Source: Pocillopora damicornis
Lineage: Eukaryota
Length of the DNA: 64,000 nt
Assembly (NCBI RefSeq): GCF_003704095.1
Contig: NW_020845701.1
Coordinates: 62,001 to 126,000, forward strand
Reading direction: 5' to 3'
Both the position numbers and the translations under genes were made by a program. How positions within the stretch are numbered: the first letter of the stretch is position 1; each line of letters opens with the position of its first letter. Under the pieces are notes generated by a model. That model was not told the origin of the DNA. It did not search any database and was given only the letters and a program-made list of their open reading frames with translations. Shown here piece by piece: positions 1 through 10,103 of the stretch.

Positions 1-716
1 TACCGAAATAATGATTATCGTTACTTCTTAATTGGCCCTGAAATAATGAAGAGCATTATTTCATGGCATGTGTGAGACCTTCGGGCTCGAAGCTTGGGAA
101 CTAGTATACAGGGAAAGATAAAATGGCGGCTTACGGCGGCGAAGGAANNNNNNNNNNNNNNNNNNNNNNNNNNNNNNNNNNNNNNNNNNNNNNNNNNNNN
201 NNNNNNNNNNNNNNNNNNNNNNNNNNNNNNNNNNNNNNNNNNNNNNNGCTTTACATGGCTATACACGCAGAGGATTCTGTTGTGTTCACGTGAAGGCCAT
301 TTCAGCGATTCCTGCCACTTGTAAGTTGTAGAAAATAAAAATATGCACACTTGTGTCGTATTGAAACCTGTGAAATCACAAATATGATTTATTTCTTCTT
401 TGTTTTAGGTGGTCATTATCCATCATTTTTGGAAGTCGATGCTGATGAGAAAGAAAAACTGTTTACAGTATTTACCATTTAGGTACCAAATAATCTTGAT
501 ACTGAAGATTATTGCGTCCTATTATGAAAAATTTACCCCTGATTGCTTTGTCAATATGTATGATGTAATATAGCTTGTGATTTGAGGGATTTTCACAAGT
601 AAACTAGAAATACCTGAAGAGGGTAATGATGTACTTAATGAAGAGCATTTTGGTACAAAGTCTGCTTTGCTCTAATCTAACTGAAGGTGCTTTTTATATG
701 CTAGTAACACTTGCAC

Positions 717-2004
717 AGCCCAGTCAAAATGTTTTTTAGTATAGTAGACAAGCTGGCTGTAGTAATTATAGGCACAAGAGGCCAAACCTCTTCTTGAAAA
801 GCAGTCTGAAAAGTGTGAAGTCAGCAGAAGGTACTTCATTGTAGGCAGCCAAATCGCAGGCCGCTAATCCATTTTGAATGAGCAGTAAAACGCAACATTG
901 TTTTTTTTTCGCTAATTTTATTGAGGACCAAATCCCCGGCTACCAGCACATTTTGACTGGGCTATTTGTTATTTAGTTTCTAAGTAACCTTATTATTAAA
1001 AATTACTGCATTCCTTTCTATGATTTGCTGCTGATTGTATGCTGTATATGGCATATGATTTGTGTGATTTTCACAAGTAAATTAGAAATACCTAAAGATG
1101 GTAATGATATACTAGATGATGTACTTGATGCAAAGCAATTTTGGCACAAAGTGTATACTTTGTCTGTCGATGATTTTAACATGCTATAAGACTTTAATTC
1201 AAATAATATACATCAGCTGGAATAGGAATATTAAAAGAAGAATAATCATATTTAACTATACCAAGTTTTGGTTTTATGTCCAAATTAAGCACTTAATCGA
1301 AGATCACTGCACTGATCAGGCCCAGAAGGCCGAAACAGTACTGCCTACTGTTATTTTATTAATCAATGTTTCATTGTGTTATAATTCATTGATCTCTTTC
1401 AATAGTGCAAGTCCGCTCATGTAACCACATATATGTATTTATGTATGTATGTATAAGCCCAGTCGAAATGTTTTTGAGTGGAAGGCAAACTGGTGATAGT
1501 AACAGGCAGCAGAGGCCAAACCTTGTACTGAATGGAAGTCTGACAAGTGTGAAGTTAGTGGTAGCTATTTCATAGCAGGCGGCCAAATTGTCGGCTGTGG
1601 CACATTTTGACTTGGCTGATTGTGTGCAGTATGTATGTGCACTTCCTTTAGAGTGTTAAACAGGTCGAAGTAACCAAAAAACCTCTGTGATAACTTGGTA
1701 ATTCAAGATGTAAAATTGTAATAATAAAGTAAAGCTTGATCATTCTTAAGAGTTTGCATCTGTTCTGAAAATTTGGGGGAGAGTCAGGGGAGTATTATTT
1801 ATCCATAAATAATATACATAAAAAATAAAAAATAAAAAAAAAACACAAAGGCGAAATCCCAATTTTTTTTAAGAGTTGATTTTATTGAGAGAAAACCCTG
1901 GATGTAGCTTGGGATTTGTGTGATTTTCACAAATTGTTAGGTTGTCAAGTAAACTTAATTTACAGGAACCTTGTTAATTGTCAGCTTTAAGAACAAGTAC
2001 ATAA
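717..2004 (+). repeat. Left arm of a ~1.3 kb inverted duplication (partner 4285-5679)
   Basis: Blocks are reverse complements of the right arm: 722-817 vs 5586-5679, 1261-1345 vs 4871-4960, 1931-2004 vs 4285-4357. Confidence 0.9.
1307..1350 (+). ncRNA. Degenerate type I hammerhead ribozyme motif
   Basis: CTGCA-CTGATCA-GGCC-CAGAA-GGCC-GAAA-CAGTACTG-CC: a CUGAnGA-like box (G8>C), a 4-bp helix II, the GAAA box and a palindromic helix III. Confidence 0.7.
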
Positions 2005-3368
2005 TCTTTAGTGCAGCCCTCTTTTCTCCCCGCCACTATTCTACTTTTTTATTAAGTTTCCTTTTTCTTGTGTTCAATTGATTCATTGTCTTTACAGGTT
2101 AAATCTTAATATCTGCTTGTACAATTACCCCTTCTGAGAGTGTCTACGATCACTCTTGCCGGTCTCAAACCCGAAACGCTGCAAACTAGCTGAGACTACA
2201 TGTATTTCGCAAAATTGCAATGGAATCTTTCTAAAAACACCAAAATCAGGCAGAAACGCACGATTTTTTGCCAAATATACGCAAAAGTTGACAAAAGCGC
2301 TCAATTCGAACTGAAAAACACGTTTTTGTTTTGTTTTTGTTTTTGTTTTTGCAAAATTCAGTTTATTCACGTTCAAAAACACGATGTTTTCAGCAAAATA
2401 TGGATACCATCTATGTGAAAACACTTAATCCAGCTAAAACGCAGTGTTCTCAGGAAAAATTGGGCAAAAAACGCGTAAAAACCGCAAGAAACACTACAAA
2501 TTGGGCTGATTTTACCCACTTTTTGTATAAATAACTGCCAAAACCCTCAAAACTAGCTGGAACTACATGTTTTTCACAAGATCGCCATAAAATCTTGAAA
2601 CATTGCTTTAGATACCTTTATGCCTCCAAAACGAGTTTTTACCTTGGTGCGAGTTTCACAACTTTCTTGTGGTTTGGCATTTACTCAGAGTTGGACTTAT
2701 TTTTATGGCTAATCCTTCGGCGATTTTCTCATGACTTTCTTGGGTTCTCAACAGTGACCCGCACTTTGGAACCATTATGTCATAAATATGTCAACACTGA
2801 CAAATACTACTAGAACCTACACTCTACTAAACTCCATGTACCACAACATCCACACAACTGCGTGTGCCTACTTGAAAATCGTAACTCTAACCCTAAAACT
2901 ATCCAGTTAGCTAAGTATTGCATTACTGGTTTGAGTGACTAAACTGGCTCAAATGATCCAGCTGCTTAAAAATCTAAGCGCAGAGTAAGTTTAAAAGATT
3001 CAATTTTGCAAGTTTTCGAAAGAGGTCCAAAATTAACATACACATAGCTCAGAGTAAAACACCGAAGCTTCTAGGACTTCACATAATTCCTACGAACGCA
3101 CACACCTAATGCACGTCAATTCGCCTTAGTTGTCCTCGAACGATCAAGACTTCATGGTAACGTGGTTCAAGAATTGTTCAGCACTTTATATATATGTTTT
3201 ACTTGGCGATTAAAGTTTGAATCCGTACAAGGAAACGTAACGGAAACAGGCGACGATAATATTCCGTTGACAGAAATGCAACGGAAACATGTCGTCATTT
3301 TTCCGTTCAGGAATCACAACGGAAACATAACAGGTCCAAGGAAGAAGTGAATAACGTATTTCCGCTGC

Positions 3369-3497
3369 GCGGAAACAGTTCGGAAACATAGGGTTTTATT
3401 TTTCCGAATTACGGAATCATGCTATCTCGTCCTGTGCAGAAACAGTACGGAAACATAGATTTTCCGAATTACAGAATCATGCTATTTCGTCCTGTGC
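3369..3497 (+). repeat. Imperfect tandem duplication of a ~60-70 bp unit
   Basis: GAAACAGT(T/A)CGGAAACATAG...TTTTCCGAATTAC(G/A)GAATCATGCTAT(C/T)TCGTCCTGTGC occurs twice. Confidence 0.8.
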
Positions 3498-3504
3498 TTG
3501 CTCT

Positions 3505-3650
3505 AACTCTATGCTATCCTAAACCTAACCCAAACCCTAAACCAATCCTAAGCTAGGTTAAAGGGTTTAAATTAGGGTTTAGGATAGGGCTAGGGCAGGA
3601 GTCCATTACCTGGTTAGGGTTAGGGTGAGGGTAAGGGTTGCCCAGGGTTA
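3505..3650. repeat. Degenerate telomere-like CCCTAA tract followed by a TTAGGG tract
   Basis: cctaaacctaacccaaaccctaa then ttagggtttaggatagggctaggg...ttagggttagggtgagggtaaggg. Confidence 0.65.
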
Positions 3651-4870
3651 ATATTAGCTGGTTGGACCATTTTAACTAGTTGCATCATTTTGACTGGAGT
3701 GATAATTTCCATTCTTAACCCTCGCCCAAACCCTAAACCTTAAACAAAAAAATCTGTTAGAGCATTAATTGAATGACATATCATGCACTTACTAGGAAGC
3801 AAGAACATTTTTTTTTTAATTCAGAAAAAATACCTTTTTATTTCGTTTAGGAATTGCTGGATATAACCAAGATGAGTTTACATTCATTATTTGTCATAAC
3901 TTACACTAAATTAGAAATTCAAGCAACGCAATGAGGGTACTAGCCTTTTACTTGTGTTCGAAATTTCCATGTGCAGGGGTACTTGTGGCTACTGGAGAAG
4001 AATCAGTCTTTAACCCATTACCCCCCTTGGGAAGATAGAAAGTACAGATATCCTCTTCACTGGGGGCAACTAGCTCAAAAGTAAGTGATCTCGGGGGCTC
4101 TCCGAAAAAGTTTTCTACAGCAATAACTAAGCTCTACAGAAGCATACAATGAAGACAACAGTTGTAAAAGAATCAATGAATTCTTTAATTCTTTGTCCCT
4201 CCCAGGCCAACTTATTGTACAAATCTCATGACATCTGTCCCAGTTTCATCAGTCAATTTTTCAAGCTTCAAGCTTTTCCTGCAATTATGTACTTGTTCTT
4301 GAAGCTGGAAATTAACAAGGTTCCTGTAAATTAAGTTTACATAACAACCTAACAATTTTTTTTTTTTTACCGATACTTTTTAAATACATTTTTATAAATA
4401 ATGCTCCCCTGACTCTCCCCAAAACTTTTAGAACAGATGCAAACTCTTAAGAATGATCAAGCTTTACGTCATTATTAAAAATTTTTACATCTTGGATTAC
4501 TAAGTTATCACAGAGGTTTTTTTTGGTTCTTTGACCTGTTTAACACCTAAAAAAGTGCACATACATAACACACACAATCAGCCTGGTCAAAATGTGCTGC
4601 AGCCAACAATTTAGTCACCCACCTACATTGAAATAACTGGTAACTTCACACATGTCAGACTTCTATTCAGGAAAAGATTTGGCCTCTGCTGCCTATTACT
4701 ATTGCCAGCTTGCCTGCCACTCAAAATTTCAACTGAGATTATACATACACAAATGTGGGATTAGGTTACATGAGCTGACCTGCACTATTGAAAGAGATCA
4801 ATGAATTATAACTCAATGAAACATTGATAAATAAAATAAATGAATAGAAATGACAAAAATTAAACTAAAA

Positions 4871-4912
4871 GCAGATAGTACTGTTTCGGCCTTCTGGGCC
4901 TGGTCAGTGCAG
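4871..4912 (-). ncRNA. Degenerate type I hammerhead ribozyme motif, second copy
   Basis: Minus strand reads CTGCA-CTGACCA-GGCC-CAGAA-GGCC-GAAA-CAGTACTA-TC-TGC. It keeps the UC cleavage dinucleotide and part of helix I. Confidence 0.7.
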
Positions 4913-5251
4913 TGATCTTCGATTAAGTGCTTTATATGGACATAAAACCAAAACTTGGTATGGTGAAATATTATTTTTCTTTTAATATTCCTATTCCAGC
5001 TGATGTATATTATTTGAATTAAAGTCTTATTAGCATGTTAAAATCACCTAGGGACAAGGCATACACTTGCCAAAATTGCTTTGCATCAAGTACATCATCT
5101 AGAGCATCATTACCATCTTCAGGTATTTCTAATTTACTTGTGAAAATCACACAAATCATAAGCTATATACAGCATACAATCAGCAGCAAATTATTAGAAA
5201 GGAATACAGTAATCTTTAATAATAAGATTACCTAGTAGCTAAATAACAAAT

Positions 5252-5416
5252 AGCCCAGTCAAAATGTGCCGGTAGCCAATGCAAGGCTTTGGCCGTCTAC
5301 AACAAAATATCTGTTAGGCTTTTAGTCTGGACAAGGTTTGGCCTCTACCTTATAGACTACACTATTATACTACTATAGCCAGCTTGCCTACTTCTCAAAA
5401 ACATTTTGACTAGGCT
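5252..5416. mobile_element. MITE-like element with TIR AGCCCAGTCAAAATGT; related copies at ~717-964, 1456-1618, 4579-4740 and ending at 5679
   Basis: AGCCCAGTCAAAATGT...ACATTTTGACTAGGCT termini and a shared internal GAGGCCAAACCT motif. Confidence 0.6.
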
Positions 5417-6569
5417 GAAAAAATGTTTGAGAGAAAAATGGCTATAACAAGCCCACTTACTGCAAAATAAGAAACATAAAAGTAACACTTCAAACTAATA
5501 CAGAATATAAGCCTTGCAGGGTTTGGCTCTCAATAACATTAGTTAAAATAGCCAATGTTGAGTTTAACTGCTCATTCAAAATGGGCACACCTTTCAGACT
5601 GCTTTTCAGGAAGAGGTTTGGCCTCTGCTGCCTAAAATTTCCACAGCCAGCTTGTCTACTACTAAAAAACATTTTGACTNNNNNNNNNNNNNNNNNNNNN
5701 NNNNNNNNNNNNNNNNNNNNNNNNNNNNNNNNNNNNNNNNNNNNNNNNNNNNNNNNNNNNNNNNNNNNNNNNNNNNNNNTCTTTAAAGGCACGCTCGGTG
5801 GGAAAATGGCCAAGAACAAGCAAAGAATGATAAACAAACAAACAAAAACAAAAAAGATCAGTCAAACACACATCACTGCATCACTGACTTTTAAGAGTAT
5901 TATGTTATTTTAATTCTCACCAAAGCAGAGGAGGGTCTGGACCTGTTCATGGTTAAAACCAATCCCATGATGCTAATGGGTATGACCTAAAAAAACAGTT
6001 AGAAGAACATTCAACTGCTCAATCAGTAGTCATAAAATGTAAACGATTACTACTAGTGTTGATTTCAACTGGGTTACTTTTTGAGGCAAGGCAATACTGT
6101 CTTAATGAAAACATTAACGATCCCCTCTTTATCAAATGAGACAAACGGGAACGAGTTTTGAGAGATATAACTAAGCCAAGACTGCCACCGTCATTTTGGA
6201 TCTCCACCTGGGTAGATTTTAGTCACGTGCTAGGCAACGTGCTGAATCAATAACAAGATAGAATTTCATTTCAGGCCTCTTTATCAATTTTATGACTTAA
6301 CGACTCATGCGGAAGGAATTAATCAAGCATGAAATTCACCTAGCAACAAAACAATTGAGCCAATCAGATATCAGCTGAATGCATTAGAATATTTCTTTGT
6401 CTCGTTGCACTTTCGAATTTTGAAAAGCGCACAGAATAACACGCCGTTTCAACAATCTTTTGAAAGGATTATTGGGCTTTTTGCGGCTTTCTGTACTTAA
6501 CAATTTCTAAATGCATTCTTATGAGAAATAATATAAAGATTTAGCCAATGAGAAATATAATGTACTTAC

Positions 6570-6719
6570 AAGAAGAGCAATCCAAATTGGCATCAATATG
6601 AGACTGGCATACATGTAGCGAACTTCAAAATGGTCTACCATTCCGAGCACGAAGAGGACACCTGCCATTACAAGCTGAGCGATCGAGATAATTGTAAGGT
6701 CTCGTCTGTTGGACACCAT
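6570..6719 (-). CDS. First coding exon of a multi-pass membrane protein, possibly MS4A/CD20-like; the rest is not found
   Basis: MVSNRRDLTIISIAQLVMAGVLFVLGMVDHFEVRYMYASLILMPIWIALL has two hydrophobic segments. Acceptor tttgtatag lies 12 nt before the ATG and donor GTAAGT is at 6569. N-gaps flank it. Confidence 0.5.
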
Positions 6720-7121
6720 TTCGCTGGATTCCTATACAAACTCAAAGAAACAATAGAGAAGGTCGTTACACGGACTACTATCTATACGCCCAGGCGTGCT
6801 ATACGCTCAATANNNNNNNNNNNNNNNNNNNNNNNNNNNNNNNNNNNNNNNNNNNNNNNNNNNNNNNNNNNNNNNNNNNNNNNNNNNNNNNNNNNNNNNN
6901 NNNNNNNNNNNNCCCCACCCCGTCCCTACGCGATGAATCATGACTATCACCTAACGTAAAATATTGTTCATTACATCTAATAATCAGGCAAGCGTCGCCC
7001 ATCGTCAAGTGGCATTGGATGGTGTCCCTTTGATAGTCTCGAGTTCAGATCAAGAGGCAGCTTAGATGGTATCATCTCCATACACTGCTGTACAGAGGGC
7101 GACCTGATGTAATTCATCGTA

Positions 7122-7459
7122 ATTTCGTGGCCGAGATTTTTTCTAGATATCTGAAGATCAAAATGTACCTCGTAGCTCGTAGTATTAGTAGTATAGTATA
7201 AGTAGTATTTGAATTTTTATATTTTAATGTAAGTTAGTTTTTAATCTTAACTTATCTTAAATTTATACACCTTCAAAAGGCTTTAATTTTTTTCTATTTT
7301 TAATGTTTCTTTTTTTTTCGTGGCGTACCTGTAAACTAGTTTTTTAGCTAAGCATACCGGCCACCTTAAATACATTGATTGATTAATCAAAGTACTTTAT
7401 GTCATTTCGTGGCCGAGATTTTTGCAAGATATCTGAAGATCAAAATGTACTTCGTAGCT
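7122..7459 (+). mobile_element. AT-rich insert resembling a LINE 3' end, between ~55 bp direct repeats
   Basis: ATTTCGTGGCCGAGATTTT...GATATCTGAAGATCAAAATGTAC(C/T)TCGTAGCT at 7122-7177 and 7404-7459. The insert ends with a GTGGC...GCCAC stem and an (ATTG)n tail. Confidence 0.5.
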
Positions 7460-8475
7460 TGAAGAAAGCCTAAATTGTAATCAACGAGTAACTTCCACGG
7501 ATGTGGAAATGTCGTCATCAACTTTCGACTTTAACGCCTCACCCTCCTTCCCAATCCGCCTCCATCGTTTCGGATCTTTCTCTTTCTCTCTCTGTTACTA
7601 CTAGTGTAGAATCTTGGGAATATAATATATAATATGCTTTACACCTTCATCATCAGTACCGGTGTACATATTCTTGATACTGTTCCCTTTACATTTCCTA
7701 TGGTAAGAACAAAAGTAATTTGTTTTACAGTAAAGAGTCTCTTTCGTTTGGGATCATTTCCGTTATTCTCGTTGCCCAACTGTTTGATTCAGGGGTGAAG
7801 CACCGAGGAGAAAATAGACAGAGAGAGAACATGACCGCCGACCAGAAATCGCGGTTTCAACTTTACCGTTTGTCGTTTGCCGTTTGCCGTTTGCAGCTTA
7901 CCTCCTTTGTGTATTAAGAATCCTGTTAAAATTGAGCATGTGTTTTTCAAGCCACTGTATCGGATTTCACGGTTGTGCCTTAGTTGATGTTCATAGCTCG
8001 TAAGGACAAAACTTTTTTCTTGTTAATATTTAAATTTATACGAAATGCAAATCACTGAAAGGCAAACGTGATATAACAAAAACATTCATGCATATAAAAG
8101 TTTAGGTGAATAACTGATCCGTAAGATTTTACATCAGAAAATTTATCCTGATAGAATTGTTTTATTTGTGAAAAGAAGAACAGCCAAGAAATGGAAAATT
8201 ATTGTCTAAGAGCCAACCTTCTAATCAGCAAGAGTTTTTAATCAATATTCAAAATAGAAAATGCATTCGCCTCGAACAAAACGTAATTAACGCCAAGTTA
8301 CATTAAGGAGCACTCAATCATTTAGAAGACAAGCGATTGTTACGTTAGCCAATCATGTTACTGAGCGATGGAACGTGAGGAAGATTAATTATTAACACAA
8401 AAATACGTGTCCAGTTGAAAACTAGATACAAACAAAAACATCAACAATAAACTAGCGGAGGCTTGCTTCGAAGTC

Positions 8476-9183
8476 ATGTTCCGAGAGGAAGAAATTGATG
8501 TAGAAACAAATTGTTTGGTACGATGGTTGAATTTAACCCGTGACAAGATGAAAAAAGAAAACGTCTTCAAGGGAGAAGACTTTTGGAAACCATGGGCATC
8601 AAGCGATCTGGCATTTCTAGTGGAAGGACAAAGGTTTCATGTCCATCGATGGGTTTTGTCACAATGTTCACCAGTCTTCGAGAAAATGTTCATATCAAAT
8701 TTCTCGGAAAAGGACAAAAGAGAAATAGTTATGCCTGGAAAGAAAATAACTGAGTTTCACGATTTGCTATTGATGGTGTATTCACTCGCGGAGTGCTCAA
8801 TAACGAGCGAAAACTGTTCTTATCTTTTAAAACTCGCCGATGAATACCAAATAGGACTTCTTCTCGAAAAGTGCGAGGATTTTTTAATGGCCTCATCTGG
8901 GGATATTTTCGCGGGTACTTTGAGCTTAAAAGACATTTTTAATGATTTTTTACTTGAGCAATCCGCTTCCAAGAAAGAGCAAGTATTAGCTCTGTTGATT
9001 CTCGCACAGGAGTACCACTTGGAAAATCTAATTACGACCTGTGTTTTAGAAGCGCGTAAATTTAGCTTGACGGAATTGAAACAAGATTATAGAGAGCTGT
9101 GTGATCTGCTGGAGCCAAAAATTTACTGTGGGATTCTGGAAAGGATCATTGAGCGAATGGAGGACAGATTTGTTGTGTTTTGA
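8476..9183 (+). CDS. Intronless BTB/POZ domain protein, 235 aa
   Basis: SDLAFLVEGQRFHVHRWVLSQCSPVFEKMF is a BTB signature, followed by LLKLADEYQIGLLLEKCEDFL helices. A CCAAT motif lies at ~8349. Confidence 0.88.
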   Translation: MFREEEIDVETNCLVRWLNLTRDKMKKENVFKGEDFWKPWASSDLAFLVEGQRFHVHRWVLSQCSPVFEKMFISNFSEKDKREIVMPGKKITEFHDLLLMVYSLAECSITSENCSYLLKLADEYQIGLLLEKCEDFLMASSGDIFAGTLSLKDIFNDFLLEQSASKKEQVLALLILAQEYHLENLITTCVLEARKFSLTELKQDYRELCDLLEPKIYCGILERIIERMEDRFVVF

Positions 9184-9408
9184 TATACTCTTCTCAGTCG
9201 TCGAGTTCTTGCGAAAAACAAAAAAGTAATAAAAAATTCTCCAACAGAGTTCTCGAGCACCTTAGATGGTTCGCGATCTTTGAGGGAGCTCAATGAACAT
9301 GATAGGAGGCAGATCCGCGTTAACATACATCGGAGAGTCGCAAGCCTCTTGTGGCTTCTGTCGCTACTTGTTTTTGCGGCTTCACCGCTCAAAGAATTGG
9401 TGCGCTCG

Positions 9409-9464
9409 CAAAACCGCCCGCAAAACCGCCCGCAAAACCGCCCGCAAAACCGCCAGCAAAACCG
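9409..9464 (+). repeat. 12-bp minisatellite (CAAAACCGCCCG), about 4.5 units
   Basis: Directly visible tandem units. Confidence 0.9.
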
Positions 9465-10103
9465 CTCTCTTAGGACGAAGGTAACTGTCCTCGCACACAG
9501 ACAACCCAAGCTCACGGTGTGCACTTGAATTGATTAAAAAAGCAATTCAAGAAATACGCAGCCGATACAAGTATATTGAGATGCGAGTTTCCAACCTGAC
9601 AAATAATTTATTTCATCTCCTAAACAACCAGCTTATGACTGCTTGTGTTGCAACAACATCATACCAAGTAGCAACACTTTGTCTCAGGAAAATCTGACAC
9701 ATGAAATGCTGCTGTTTATTTCCTTGTACATATTTGTATTTTGAAGTGATTAAATCTGAACAGTTATAGCTTACTTCTGTTTTTGTTTGTCGTTAATTTT
9801 CGGGACTCAACATTCGTCAGGTCCAACATGGCAAACGTGTAATCCAATAAGATTCTGCCATGCGCGCGTTCAAACGAACAGCTTATGTCGAGAAAATGTA
9901 CCATAAACTTGAGTCTCCGAAGAAGAGCCGAAGAGTCCCGATTTAAGTCAACTAATTATAACGCAGCATAACCTCTCCAATTGCCATCACGTCACGTGTT
10001 CCGTTGCTTGTTAACTTTTCCAACAAAATCCGTGTCCTCGACAACTCTCGCTAACAAGATCAAGTACGTAACCTGCCTCAGTTTAATGACACAAAGAGTC
10101 CTA

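Larger units (their letters stand above)
4285..5679 (-). repeat. Right arm of the inverted duplication, cut off by the N-gap at 5680
   Basis: Same collinear reverse-complement matches to 717-2004, with scattered substitutions and indels. Confidence 0.9.

Noticed and set aside
21-350. ORFs spanning N-runs (also 5490-5913, 6630-7008, 21743-21955, 48456-48659)
   Set aside because: Artefacts of translating through assembly gaps.
555-690. C/D box snoRNAs (ATGATG...CTGA)
   Set aside because: C boxes are imperfect, no terminal stems or guide complementarity are recognisable, and the sequence is part of a duplicated repeat.
3505-3650. True telomere or chromosome fusion scar
   Set aside because: Short, degenerate, and in the wrong order for an end-to-end fusion.
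9123-9528. ORFs with RFCG, QNRP or RKTA repeats, and a possible CRISPR-like array
   Set aside because: Translations of a 12-bp minisatellite. There are no spacers or cas genes, and the context is eukaryotic.
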